Assembly: GCA_963782055.1 (NCBI GenBank)
Contig: CAWAIF010000003.1
Coordinates: 2,016,001 to 2,080,000 of the forward strand
DNA from: an uncultured delta proteobacterium
Lineage (GTDB): Bacteria > Myxococcota_A > Polyangia > Polyangiales > Polyangiaceae
DNA: 64,000 bases
Direction: 5' to 3'
Shown: in pieces, positions 50,632 through 60,370 of the stretch
Layout of the letters: each line of letters opens with the position of its first letter
How positions within the stretch are numbered: the stretch's first letter is position 1
The notes under the pieces: generated by a model
Databases searched by the model: none
What the model was told of the DNA's origin: nothing
What the model saw: the letters and a program-made list of their open reading frames with translations, nothing else
Program-made: the position numbers and the translations under genes

Positions 50632-51375
50632 GTGAGCGTACCTGAACAGATTATTGCTCTCGAGGAGCTGGCCGCGCTGGACGCGGAGCTCAAGACACTC
50701 GGTGACGAGATTGGCCGTGAACGAGGCGCACTGGAGGGGCTGCGCAGCAAGCACGTCGAGCTGGAAGAGAAAGCCAAGAACGACAAGGCTCACCTCACCG
50801 CGATAGAGAAGCTGCGCAACGACTACGTGGTCGAGGTGCGCAACATGATGCAGCAGCTCGAGCACTCGCGGGAGAAGATGAACCGCGCGCGCAACGAGCG
50901 CGAGGCCAACGCCGCCCAGCGCGAGCTGGAAGAGCTGCGCAAGCTCATACGGGACCGCGAGGACGAGATCGGCAAGCTGACGACCGACGGTGACGCCGCG
51001 CGCCAGCAGATCGACACGACCGAGGAGGAGGCCAAGCAGGTCGGCGCCGAGCTGGGCGAGACCGAGGGCTCCGTCCAGGCCAAGCTCGGGGAGACGGAGC
51101 GGCGGCAGGCCGAGCGCACCTCCACCCGCGGCGCCATCGTCAAGAGGCTGCCGGCCCAGACGTATCGCCGCTACGAGATGATCCGCGGCCGCCGCGGCAC
51201 GGGCATCGCCCAGACGACGGACGGCACCTGCAAGGCCTGCAACATGGCCCTGCCGCCGCAGCTCTTCCACCGCCTGCGCCGGGAGCCCCTGCTGGATCAG
51301 TGCCCATCCTGCCAGCGCATCATCTACTATGTCCCTCCAGCGGCCGCCCCGGACGCGGCCGACCCGAAGGGCTAG
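50632..51375 (+). CDS. Coiled-coil plus C4 zinc ribbon protein (DUF164 / CT398 / HP0958-like)
   Basis: Long coiled coil then CKACNM...CPSCQRI; GAAGGAG RBS; follows tRNA-CAU as is common. Confidence 0.88.
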   Translation: MSVPEQIIALEELAALDAELKTLGDEIGRERGALEGLRSKHVELEEKAKNDKAHLTAIEKLRNDYVVEVRNMMQQLEHSREKMNRARNEREANAAQRELEELRKLIRDREDEIGKLTTDGDAARQQIDTTEEEAKQVGAELGETEGSVQAKLGETERRQAERTSTRGAIVKRLPAQTYRRYEMIRGRRGTGIAQTTDGTCKACNMALPPQLFHRLRREPLLDQCPSCQRIIYYVPPAAAPDAADPKG

Positions 51376-51391
51376 AGGGGACCTCCGCCTC

Positions 51392-52723
51392 GTGAAGAGC
51401 TGTCCGACCTGTCAGCGCGTCTACCCGAACGACGCCGGCTTCTGCCCGGCCGACGGCACTGGGCTCGTCTCGGCCACGCTCGCCCCCCCGCCGATGACGG
51501 CGGAGGACCCGCGCATCGGGCAGAAGCTCTGCGGCCGCTACGAGATCCGCCGCGTCGTCGCCGATGGCGGCATGGGCCGCGTCTACGAGGGCATCGACCG
51601 GCAGAACGACCTGCGCATCGCCGTGAAGGTCCTGCACGACGCGGTGGCGAAGGACGAGGTCTCGCTGGAGCGCTTCAAGCGCGAGTACGAGATCTCCAGC
51701 GCGCTGCCGCACGATCACATCGTGCACGTGCTCGACTTCCAGCACGACGACCAGTTCAAGGTCTGGCTTTTGGTGATGGAGTTCCTCGACGGCGAGGAGC
51801 TGCGCGTGGTCCTCAAGCGCGAGAAGTTCCTCCCGCCGGAGCGCCTGGTGCGCATGCTCTCGCAGGTGGCGCTGGGCCTCGACGAGGCGCACGCCCGGCA
51901 GTTCGTCCACCGCGACCTGAAGCCGGACAACATCTTCCTCTGCGGCACGCGCGAGGGCGACGTCGTCAAGCTGCTCGACTTCGGCTCGGTCAAGGACAAG
52001 AACAAGGACGCCAAGAAACTCACCGTGCTCGGCACGACGATCGGCTCGCCGTACTACATGGCCCCGGAGCAGGCGCAGGGGCTGGAGACGCTCGACGCCC
52101 GCGCCGACGTCTTCGCGCTGGGCGCCATCGCGTACGAGTGCATCTGCGGGACGGTGCCCTTCTTCGGCAACAACGGTCCGTCCATCCTGCTCGCCATCCT
52201 CACCAAGGACCCCGACCCGCCCAGCCTCAGCGCGGCCAACGCCAAGTTCCCCATCCCGCCCCGCATGGACGAGGTCATGGAGGAGGCGCTCGCCAAGAAC
52301 CCCAACATCCGCACGCCCAGCGTGGGTGCGCTCGCCGATGCGGTCGGTCACGCGTACGGGCTGGAGGGCGACCACACGCAGTGGGCGAAGACGCCGCTCG
52401 CCACCCTCGCGCAGCAGGTGGAGGAGGCGCGGCCGCGCACGCTCGAGCGCGCGCCCGCTGCCCTCGAGGCCGCGGCTGATCCCTTCGCTGCCCCGCCCGG
52501 CATGGGCGGCGCCTCGCAGGGCTACGGCCAGCCTGCCTGGGGTCAGGCCTCCGGCGCGTCCATGGACCAGGCGTTCGCGCAGGCGCGCGCGGCGAGCTAC
52601 GGCATGGAGGGCGCGGCCGGCATCCCGCAGGGCAAGCCGGCGTGGCTCATTCCGGTGGTCATCGTGGCGGTGCTCGCGCTGCTGGTGGGCGGCGGGCTCG
52701 CGGTCTTCGTTCTGATCCGCTGA
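51392..52723 (+). CDS. Ser/Thr protein kinase with N-terminal zinc ribbon and C-terminal TM anchor
   Basis: CPTC..FCPADG, DGGMGRVY, HRDLKPDN, DFG and YMAPE. Confidence 0.92.
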   Translation: MKSCPTCQRVYPNDAGFCPADGTGLVSATLAPPPMTAEDPRIGQKLCGRYEIRRVVADGGMGRVYEGIDRQNDLRIAVKVLHDAVAKDEVSLERFKREYEISSALPHDHIVHVLDFQHDDQFKVWLLVMEFLDGEELRVVLKREKFLPPERLVRMLSQVALGLDEAHARQFVHRDLKPDNIFLCGTREGDVVKLLDFGSVKDKNKDAKKLTVLGTTIGSPYYMAPEQAQGLETLDARADVFALGAIAYECICGTVPFFGNNGPSILLAILTKDPDPPSLSAANAKFPIPPRMDEVMEEALAKNPNIRTPSVGALADAVGHAYGLEGDHTQWAKTPLATLAQQVEEARPRTLERAPAALEAAADPFAAPPGMGGASQGYGQPAWGQASGASMDQAFAQARAASYGMEGAAGIPQGKPAWLIPVVIVAVLALLVGGGLAVFVLIR

Positions 52724-52780
52724 CCTCGCCAACCCCGGCGCTGCGACCACCCCGGATCGCCGCTACCAGGTGAGGATTCT

Positions 52781-52848
52781 CAGAAGATCAGAAGATCAGA
52801 AGATCAGGAAGATGGTGGATGGGACCTTCTGATCTTCCGATCTTGCTG
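52781..52848. repeat. Tandem-plus-inverted octamer repeat (REP-like hairpin)
   Basis: (CAGAAGAT)x3 plus CAGGAAGAT at 52781-52813, and the inverted CTTCTGATCTTCCGATCTTGCTG at 52826-52848. Confidence 0.85.
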
Positions 52849-53031
52849 TTCCAAGATCACTCGTAGCTTGCGCCACGCCGATCGCGCGCTCTCCTCTCCC
52901 CTAGCCCTCCGTTGGCGTGCTGCCCCCTGTCCGTCCCCCCTGTCCCCCCCTCTGTCCCCGGACACCCAACGTCGAAGTGCAAGGGTCCATTCACTTCGAC
53001 GTTTCTGCGGCAACCCGTGAGGGAGGGGGGG

Positions 53032-53047
53032 TGGCATGGGGGGTGCT
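53032..53047 (+). promoter_or_regulatory. Sigma-54 promoter of MarR copy 2
   Basis: TGGCATGGGGGGTGCT. Confidence 0.7.
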
Positions 53048-53072
53048 GTGGGGGTTGGGGATGATGGCGGGA

Positions 53073-53669
53073 ATGGATCCGGTGTTCTTCACGATCAAGC
53101 GGGCGTACTACGCGACGCTGCGGCTCACACGGCGGGCGCTTCGGGCGATGGGGCTCACCGCAGCGCGGCTTGATGTGCTCGATGCGCTCTACCGGCTGGG
53201 AACGGGGTGCGCGCACTTCCAGAGCGACCTGCGGCGGGGGCTCGGCGTGGCGCGGGCCACGATCAGCGAGATGATGCGGTCGCTGGAGAAGATCGGGCTG
53301 GTGACGCGGCGGCGCGTCGGGTGCAACGTGGTCGTGGCCCTCACGCCGGAGGGGCGACGCCGGGTGCGCCGGGCGTACTACGGGCTCGTGCTGGTGGGGC
53401 ACGTGGGGCTCGCGCTGGACGGGGCGCTCGCGCCGGGCGGGCGGTGGTGGCCCGATCCGCGCAGGTGCGCGAGTGCACGCCGGCACCTGGAGGCGCTCTG
53501 TATGCGCATCCGGCTCGGGTTCGGCGATGAGGCGGAGCTGGACCGGGATACCGAGCACGGGTTCTGGGTCGAACGGGAACGGGACCGCACGCGCCGCGCC
53601 CAGGCGCGCTGCGAGCAACGGCAGCGCGAGCTCGATCGCGCACTCGCGCTCTCCGCGCCAGGAGCGTGA
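53073..53669 (+). CDS. MarR-family winged-helix protein, 198 aa
   Basis: 24 substitutions versus copy 1 by hand count; alternative start at 53061. Confidence 0.8.
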   Translation: MDPVFFTIKRAYYATLRLTRRALRAMGLTAARLDVLDALYRLGTGCAHFQSDLRRGLGVARATISEMMRSLEKIGLVTRRRVGCNVVVALTPEGRRRVRRAYYGLVLVGHVGLALDGALAPGGRWWPDPRRCASARRHLEALCMRIRLGFGDEAELDRDTEHGFWVERERDRTRRAQARCEQRQRELDRALALSAPGA

Positions 53670-53766
53670 CCTCGTCTGGCACCGCGGCGCTGCACTCGAG
53701 GCGAGCCGAGAGGGGCCGTCGGCAGCGGCGCCCGGCCCGTCGGGCGCCGGGAGAGCCGAGGAGAAA

Positions 53767-55227
53767 CTACCTGGGTAGGGCCGGGATGGAGACCTTCGCG
53801 GAGAGGGGGAGGTCGGGGGCGAGGAGGTAGCCGCCCGGGAGGTGGTCGTAGGGGAAGAAGGCGCCGGTGACCGTGCGCGTGGCGCCGGTCGAGAGCGTGT
53901 ACGTGAGCGTCATCGGCTTGCCCTCCGGCGGGCGGTTGCGCAGGACGGTGCCCATGCGGCGCGGCGTGCCATCGGCGCCGATGAGCCAGCGGGCGTAGCG
54001 CTGCGGCGGCGGGAGCGTCCCCTGGACGTCGTAGACCAGGTTGATCTGCCGGATGCGCTGGTAGAGCGCCGTGTAGGTGTAATCGGAGATCCACGTCGGC
54101 TGGCAGTAGCCCATGACGTCGGTCGCGTCGGTCGTCACCAGGCTGGAGCTGGACGCCTGGAAGCCGGAGACGCCCACGCTCCCGTCGGGGTAGGGGAACT
54201 TGGGGTCGATGCCCGCCGGGTGGCCGCACGGCGAGTGGGCGCGGCCCATCGTGTGACCGAGCTCGTGCGCCACCGTCTCCTGCGAGGTGTAGCCCGGCCA
54301 CCCGACGACGAGCGCGCCGCGTTCACCCTCGCTGCCCAGCGTGGCGATGGGCGCGAGACCGAGGATGCACCCCTGCTTGCAGTACGTCGGGAAGCTGTCC
54401 TGCGGCTCGAACGCGCCGACGTAGTACACGTCGCCGCTGGGGGCGTCGGCCTGCCGCGTGTCCAGCACGAGCTGCAGTGTCTCGTCCCAGCCGGTGCCCG
54501 AGGCATCGGCGACGATCGACGACGTGACCGGATCGTGCAGGGTGATCTGGATGTCGCTCGACGGGTACATGTCGGACAGCAGCTGGTGGATGGACGTCAT
54601 CTGCGTCGGGTCGGTGGCCGGCAGGCGCGAGGAGCCGTCGGCGTCGTACTGGATGGGCACGAAGACGATGTGCACTGGGCCCGGGTTGTCCAGCACGGTG
54701 AAGCTCTGGGTGCCGTCGGCGTCGGGGTAGCGGATGGTGGTCAGGTCGTCGGTGCCGACGCGCGACGGGTCGCTCACCTTGACCCAGAAGGACCACGCCC
54801 CTGTCGTGAGGAGCTTGTCGTCGAAGGGGAAGTTGAAGGTGCTCCCCAGCACCGCGTCGTCGGAGGCGCCGGCGACCGTCGCCTTGGCGGTGAGCACCGT
54901 CTCGTGCTGGAACGGGTCAACGAGGTGCAGCTCGGCGTCGAGGGAGTGCTGGAGCCAGCGCTTGCGCGTGAGGAAGCTCAGGTAGACGCGGAAGAGGCCG
55001 GGCTTCTTCGTGATGATGGGCGCGTTGCCCCCCGCGGCGCCGCCGTCCTTCATCACGTCGACCTTCACGACCTCGTAGTTGGCCACCTCGCTGATGGCGA
55101 TCTGCTCCGACAGCGGAGTGGGCGGCGCGGCCTCGACGCCGGCATCGGCGGGCGCCGTGTCCGTGGAGGAGCTCCCGCACCCGAGTACGGCCAGGAGGGC
55201 GGGCACCACGAAGACGACAGGGCGCAT
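53767..55227 (-). CDS. Zinc metallopeptidase lipoprotein (M66-like metzincin)
   Basis: Lipobox VLGC; HELGHTMGRAH (HExxHxxGxxH); DVMGY Met-turn. Confidence 0.85.
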   Translation of the reverse strand: MRPVVFVVPALLAVLGCGSSSTDTAPADAGVEAAPPTPLSEQIAISEVANYEVVKVDVMKDGGAAGGNAPIITKKPGLFRVYLSFLTRKRWLQHSLDAELHLVDPFQHETVLTAKATVAGASDDAVLGSTFNFPFDDKLLTTGAWSFWVKVSDPSRVGTDDLTTIRYPDADGTQSFTVLDNPGPVHIVFVPIQYDADGSSRLPATDPTQMTSIHQLLSDMYPSSDIQITLHDPVTSSIVADASGTGWDETLQLVLDTRQADAPSGDVYYVGAFEPQDSFPTYCKQGCILGLAPIATLGSEGERGALVVGWPGYTSQETVAHELGHTMGRAHSPCGHPAGIDPKFPYPDGSVGVSGFQASSSSLVTTDATDVMGYCQPTWISDYTYTALYQRIRQINLVYDVQGTLPPPQRYARWLIGADGTPRRMGTVLRNRPPEGKPMTLTYTLSTGATRTVTGAFFPYDHLPGGYLLAPDLPLSAKVSIPALPR

Positions 55228-55283
55228 CCACTGGAGGATCGCACCCGGCAGGCCGGGTGCCAAGGCGCGGGCGCGCCGGCTCG

Positions 55284-58200
55284 TCACTTTCGTTCGCGAC
55301 GCTTCTGGGCGAGCCGCTCGGCTGTGCTCATGCGCGGCGCGGCGGGACCGGGAGCCCTGCCCGCCGCCCCGCCAGGGCGTGGAGCCACGGGACCGATGGG
55401 CGCCTTGGCGGTGGGACGCGGCGGCGAGGCGCCGAGGATCCCGCCCGGAGGAGGCCCGGTGCCGACGGACGTGTGAGGGCGCGCGGCCTTCTTGCGGGCG
55501 AGGAGGGCCTCGTTGGTGCGCTGCTGCCGGCCGGCGCGATCGCGCTCGCGGGCCTCGGCGAAGGCGAGGGAGGCGCGCTTCTCCGCCTCGGTCTGCCGGG
55601 CGCGGCCTCGCACGCGCCCGCTCAGGGCGAGCAGCCAGTCGGGGATGCCCAGCCGCCGCGCGCCCACGCCCAGGACCATGGCGATGGCGGCGAGCAAGGA
55701 GAGCGGCGCGAGCAGCGGCGAGTAGGCGAAGCGGCGCGCCGCGCGGTCGTCGAAGAGACCGGCGAGGGTGTCGCGCTGCTTGCCGCCGGTCATGGAGGCG
55801 ATGCGGCTCAGCAGCTGCCTGTCGCTGCCGGTGGGGCGTAGCTCCTCGCCGGCGCTCAGCACGGCCCCCGTCGTGCCGACCGCCTCGCCGGACAGCTCGT
55901 CCTTGGCGGTGGCGACGTAGGTGCCCGGGCGCGACAGCGGGATGTTGGCCGCGTAGCGCCCCGCGCCCACCGCCTCCAGGGACATGTCGCGCGAGAAGCC
56001 ATCCGGCCCGGCGACGTGCACCGTCAGGCGGCGGAAGGTCTGCGCGCGGCCGTCATCGCCGACCACGTCGGCGCGCACGTGCAGCTCCCCGCCGGAGGCG
56101 TCGCTGTCCAGCCGGACCCGCGGGTCGTCTGCCTTGCGGGCGGTGTCGCGCCCCAGCTCGCCGAACATCTTCACGGCGGCGGGCCACTTGAGCCAGTTCG
56201 ACCCCCAGCGGTCCTTGAAGTCGCTCGTGAAGGCGGCGGCGCGGCCGATGCCGACGGCCCAGGTGGCGAGGATGGGATCGTTCTCCGGTCCGCCGAGGGC
56301 GACCGTCGCGCGCGGCTTGGGCACGGTGACGACGTAGCCGTGCAGCGGCGGCGCGGAGCCGAAGTCGATCGCGCGGGTGGCGGGCGTGGGCGCGCCCACG
56401 CTGACCTTGAAGTCCTCTTCGTGGATGCTGCTCTTGGCGGCGAGGATGGTCTCCTGCGTGAAGACCGCGGGGAGCTTGGTGGCGTCGTCGATGAGGTAGA
56501 AGCGGCCGCCGCCCATCTTGGACAGCACCTCCAGCTCCGGCGAGTCGTGTCCGCGGCCGAGGGAGATGACGCTGGTGGTGATGCCCTTCGCCGCCGCGGC
56601 GGCGACCAGCGCCCGGCACCCCGCGATCTCCTCGGCGTCGTCGCCGTCGGCGAAGAGGAGCATGTGCTTGAGGTTGACCGTCTCCTTCTCCAGCGCGGCG
56701 TAGCCTTCGCGCAGGGCCAGGTCGGTGTAGATGCCGCCGCCGCCCACCTGCACCGCGCGGATCTTCGCGCCGATGGCCTTGGCGTCCGTCACCGGGCCGA
56801 TCGGGATGGTCCAGGCCGCGACGGTGTCCACGTGCTCCACGCCGAGCCTGTCGCCTGGGCCGAGCAGCGAGGCGCTGCGCGCGGCCGCCTCGTTGGCGAG
56901 GGCGAGCTTCGTCTGCCCGCTCACCATCATGCCCATCGAGCCGGAGTAGTCGATGGCGATGACCTCGGCGAGGGAGGCGCGCCGCTTCTCCTGCTTCAGG
57001 TCGAAGGAGACCGGCGAGACCTCCTCGATGGGCGTGCGCGCGTAGCCGCCGGGGCCCATCGACCGGTCGCCGCCCATGAGGATCAGCCCGCCGCCCAGGT
57101 CGCGCGTGTAGCTGGCGAGCGCGTCGATCTGCGTGGTCGCGAGGTCGGTCGCGGGAACGTCGCTCAGCACCACCAGGTCGAAGCCGGCGAGGCCGCCCAC
57201 GTCGGCGGGCACCCCGGTGGTGGAGCGCTCCTCCGTGCGGAATCCGCTCGCCTGAAGCGCGCTCGCCAGCGCCGCGCCCTTGCCCGCCTCGCCCTCCAGG
57301 ATGAGCGCGAGGGAGGGGCCGCGCACGCGCACGAAGGTGGAGCCGGTGTTGTCCTCGGGTGAGCCGTCGGTCTTGGGGTCTGCGGCGGTGACCTCCACGT
57401 CGTAGCGGTGCAGCCCGGGCTGCGCCGCCTTCGCGCGGAGGCGCAGGACGTTCTCCCCCGGGGCGACGTGCACGCGGGAGCTGTGGATGAGCTCGCCGTC
57501 GCGCTTGATGCGTACGTCCACGTCGGCGTCGACCGTGCTGGCGGTGACGACGCGCAGGTCGAGCGCCTCGCCCTCGTCGGCGTGGGCCGGCGCGCGCACG
57601 GCGACGACGCGCACATCGGGGAAGGTCTTCTGGTCGAGCGGGACGACGTCGATGGGCACGTCGGCGGCGACCGCGGCCGCGGCGGCGGCGATGGCGTCCC
57701 CGCGGGTCTGCACGCCGTCGGAGATGAGCACCAGCCGCGGAGCGGTGTCCGCCGGCAGCTCGGCGAGGGCCCGGCGGATGGCGGCCTCGATGTTCGTGCC
57801 ATCGCGTCCGATCTCCACCCGCTGCGGCGGCGGCAGATCGCTCTTGGGGCGGGGCGGGTCCTCGGTGACGGCGTCGGCGGCGAAGACGACCGTGCCGACG
57901 CGGTCGTCCTCGTGCATGCCCTTCTCCGCGACGCGCATCTCGCTGGCGACGCGCTGGTCGGCGCCGGGGACCAGCTCGATGGAGCGCGAGCGGTCGATGA
58001 GCAGCAGGATGGTCATGCGGTCGAGCGGCCGGCCCAGCTCCGGCTCGGTCACCGCCACGGCGGCGGCGAGGCCAGCGAGCGAGGTGAGGAAGACCACCAG
58101 CCACCGCCGCACCCGCGTCATCCGCGCCGGGAGCCTGGAGAGGCGCCACGCGAGGAAGAGCGCGGTCGCGGCGGGGAGCAGGACGAAGAGGGGGTGCCCG

Positions 58201-58403
58201 AAGCGCAGGTACGTCTCCCGCGCGAGCTGTGCGGAGACCAGGCCCTGGTAGAGGAGCAGCGCGAAGCCCACCAGCGCGATGACGACGGCGCCGGCGCGGA
58301 GCTGCTCGCGGGCACGCAGCCGCCGCATCATCGCGACCGCGAGCACGGCGTAGAGGCCCGCCGCGAAGAGCATCCACACGTGGGCGAAGGTCAGGCTGCT
58401 CAC
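55284..58403 (-). CDS. Large membrane protein with two vWA domains and a GATase-like domain
   Basis: DRSRS and DYSGS MIDAS motifs, LISDG, GGGLILMGG and TSD..RW; N- and C-terminal TM helices. Confidence 0.85.
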   Translation of the reverse strand: MSSLTFAHVWMLFAAGLYAVLAVAMMRRLRAREQLRAGAVVIALVGFALLLYQGLVSAQLARETYLRFGHPLFVLLPAATALFLAWRLSRLPARMTRVRRWLVVFLTSLAGLAAAVAVTEPELGRPLDRMTILLLIDRSRSIELVPGADQRVASEMRVAEKGMHEDDRVGTVVFAADAVTEDPPRPKSDLPPPQRVEIGRDGTNIEAAIRRALAELPADTAPRLVLISDGVQTRGDAIAAAAAAVAADVPIDVVPLDQKTFPDVRVVAVRAPAHADEGEALDLRVVTASTVDADVDVRIKRDGELIHSSRVHVAPGENVLRLRAKAAQPGLHRYDVEVTAADPKTDGSPEDNTGSTFVRVRGPSLALILEGEAGKGAALASALQASGFRTEERSTTGVPADVGGLAGFDLVVLSDVPATDLATTQIDALASYTRDLGGGLILMGGDRSMGPGGYARTPIEEVSPVSFDLKQEKRRASLAEVIAIDYSGSMGMMVSGQTKLALANEAAARSASLLGPGDRLGVEHVDTVAAWTIPIGPVTDAKAIGAKIRAVQVGGGGIYTDLALREGYAALEKETVNLKHMLLFADGDDAEEIAGCRALVAAAAAKGITTSVISLGRGHDSPELEVLSKMGGGRFYLIDDATKLPAVFTQETILAAKSSIHEEDFKVSVGAPTPATRAIDFGSAPPLHGYVVTVPKPRATVALGGPENDPILATWAVGIGRAAAFTSDFKDRWGSNWLKWPAAVKMFGELGRDTARKADDPRVRLDSDASGGELHVRADVVGDDGRAQTFRRLTVHVAGPDGFSRDMSLEAVGAGRYAANIPLSRPGTYVATAKDELSGEAVGTTGAVLSAGEELRPTGSDRQLLSRIASMTGGKQRDTLAGLFDDRAARRFAYSPLLAPLSLLAAIAMVLGVGARRLGIPDWLLALSGRVRGRARQTEAEKRASLAFAEARERDRAGRQQRTNEALLARKKAARPHTSVGTGPPPGGILGASPPRPTAKAPIGPVAPRPGGAAGRAPGPAAPRMSTAERLAQKRRERK

Positions 58404-60370
58404 GCGCCCGCCCCCTTGGTGGCGGCGGCTCTGGGCGGTGCGGCGACGTCGACGAGCGTGGGCTGCGCCTTCTTGCGCGTCAGCCAGAAGACGTCGAAGA
58501 GCACCAGCAGCGCGGCGGCCAGCGCGAGCCAGAGTCCCCACTCGTGGTGTGCGTCGGCGAGCTTCGCCCCGGTGGTGCCCCCGGCGGTCTTGTCGATGAC
58601 CACCGGCTTGGGCCGTACGTCGCTCTCCGCCTCGCTGGTGAGGTTGGCCACCACCACGGTGCTGCTCACCCGCGGGGTGGTCCAGCGCACGTGGTAGATG
58701 CCCGCGCGGTCCACGCGCGGGACGATGGCGAAGCCGCCCTTGGCCTGCACCTCGTGCTCCGGCATGCCGGGGCCGGAGACGAGCACCTTGTCGACGCTCT
58801 TCGGGATGGCGACGCGCAGCGGATCGCCGGTGCGCGCGGGGCCGGTCGTGCCCTGGCTGCGGTGCAGCCGCGCCATCTCCACCACGTTGCGCACGAAGAG
58901 CACGAAGGACGCCTTGAGCGGCCAGTCGGTGTCGCCGGGGTCGAAGCCGATGATCGTCGCGGTGCGCCCCGGCGTGGAGGCGTCGGCGATGAGGGTCACC
59001 GTGCCGGCGCGGAGCAGCGCGCCGGAGGCGCCCTCCGGCTTGAGCGGGCGCGCCTTCGCCACGTGGACGCCGTCGAACGTCAGGAAGCGGAAGCGCGGGT
59101 CGCCCACCTCCCACGAGGTGATCTGCGGGTCGTCGACGGAGTCCCCGACGTCGACGCCCATGCAGTTGCCCTTGGGTGGGTCGACGATCATCACGTCCAG
59201 CCCGGGGACGTCGTCCGGGCAGGCGCCCTCGATGACGACCAGCGCGTCGGGGTCCACGTTGACCGTGCCCACCTGCGAGAGGGTGAGCTTCTGGATGTCC
59301 AGGTCCTCGTCGGCGTCCAGCGCGCGGGCGAGCCACGAGTAGTCGGAGGCGAGCGCGTGGACGACCGGCATCTTGCGGCCCTGCGGCACCCGGCCGTACG
59401 CCACGTCGTCGATGGCCAGCGCGTCGCCGGGCGAGACCTGCACGGTGAGCCCCTTGCCGTACTCCAGCGGGCCGGGATCGAAGGTGAGGACCACCGCGGT
59501 CTTCGCGCCGGGCTTGACCAGCACGCGCCGCGAGGCGGACGGGTCCTTCTTCCCCTCCACCGTGAGCGTCACGAAGGCGTCGCGCGCCGCCGTGCCGTAG
59601 TTCTGCAGCATCGCGAAGACCTGCACCTCCTCGGCGTGCGACACCGGGTCGGCGCCGGCGCGCACGTCGATGCGGGTGATGCCCAGGTTGTCGGCGGGGG
59701 ACCCGACGGTGACGAGCTGCGTGTCGATGCCCGCGGCAGCGAGCGGCGTGTCGTGGGCGAGGGCGCCGTCGGTGATGATGACGATGCGTCGGCGCCCGCC
59801 CAGCGTGCGGAGGCGGTCGGCGGCGAGCGCGACGGCGGAGGAGAGGTCGCCCTCCACGTCGCGCACCGCGACCTGCTTGAGCGCGCCCTTGAGGTGGCGC
59901 AGGTCGCGTTCCAGCGGCGAGACGACGCTCGCCTCCCGCGCGCCCTCGATGAGGATGGCGTCAGCGCCGGGCTCCATGGAGTCCAGGACGTCCTGCGCGG
60001 CGACGATGGCGTCCGCCATGCGCGTCGAGGTCTTGCCCGGCGCCGGGTGGGTGGTGGTGCCCATCGACGCGCTGGTGTCGATGACGATGGCGATGTGGTC
60101 GCCGGTGATGCGCCCGCCCCGCTCCGCCGGCCGCGCGAGCGCGATCGAAAGGGCGATGAGCGCCAGCATCTGCAACAGGAGCGGCAGCTCGGGCAGCAGC
60201 TTCTTGAAGGGGTGCTTGGCGAGCAGATCGCGTCGCGCCTCCGCCCAGAGCCACACGGAGGGCACGCGCAGCCGCTGCCGCTTCACCTTCAGGATGTAGA
60301 GGACGACGAGCGGCACGAGGCCGGTGAGCAGCCAGAACCCCTTGGGGTTGAGGAACTCCACGCCGCCCAT
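58400..60370 (-). CDS. BatA N-terminal domain plus vWA protein
   Basis: FLNP.....L.P...LY.LK...PS..LW...LARP, DTSASM, ITDG and a C-terminal TM. Confidence 0.87.
   Translation of the reverse strand: MGGVEFLNPKGFWLLTGLVPLVVLYILKVKRQRLRVPSVWLWAEARRDLLAKHPFKKLLPELPLLLQMLALIALSIALARPAERGGRITGDHIAIVIDTSASMGTTTHPAPGKTSTRMADAIVAAQDVLDSMEPGADAILIEGAREASVVSPLERDLRHLKGALKQVAVRDVEGDLSSAVALAADRLRTLGGRRRIVIITDGALAHDTPLAAAGIDTQLVTVGSPADNLGITRIDVRAGADPVSHAEEVQVFAMLQNYGTAARDAFVTLTVEGKKDPSASRRVLVKPGAKTAVVLTFDPGPLEYGKGLTVQVSPGDALAIDDVAYGRVPQGRKMPVVHALASDYSWLARALDADEDLDIQKLTLSQVGTVNVDPDALVVIEGACPDDVPGLDVMIVDPPKGNCMGVDVGDSVDDPQITSWEVGDPRFRFLTFDGVHVAKARPLKPEGASGALLRAGTVTLIADASTPGRTATIIGFDPGDTDWPLKASFVLFVRNVVEMARLHRSQGTTGPARTGDPLRVAIPKSVDKVLVSGPGMPEHEVQAKGGFAIVPRVDRAGIYHVRWTTPRVSSTVVVANLTSEAESDVRPKPVVIDKTAGGTTGAKLADAHHEWGLWLALAAALLVLFDVFWLTRKKAQPTLVDVAAPPRAAATKGAGA

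Larger units (their letters stand above)
52923..53671 (+). repeat. Dispersed MarR cassette, copy 2 (inverted relative to copy 1)
   Basis: Same order as copy 1: CCCCCTGT repeats, TGTCCCCGGACA, palindrome AACGTCGAAGTG..CACTTCGACGTT (52968-53003), sigma-54 site, CDS. Confidence 0.9.

Noticed and set aside
50381..50635. 84-aa ORF
   Set aside because: It runs through the tRNA and has atypical codon usage.
52781..52848. Octamer repeats as CRISPR or iterons
   Set aside because: Units are 8 bp and contiguous, with no spacers and no rep or cas gene.
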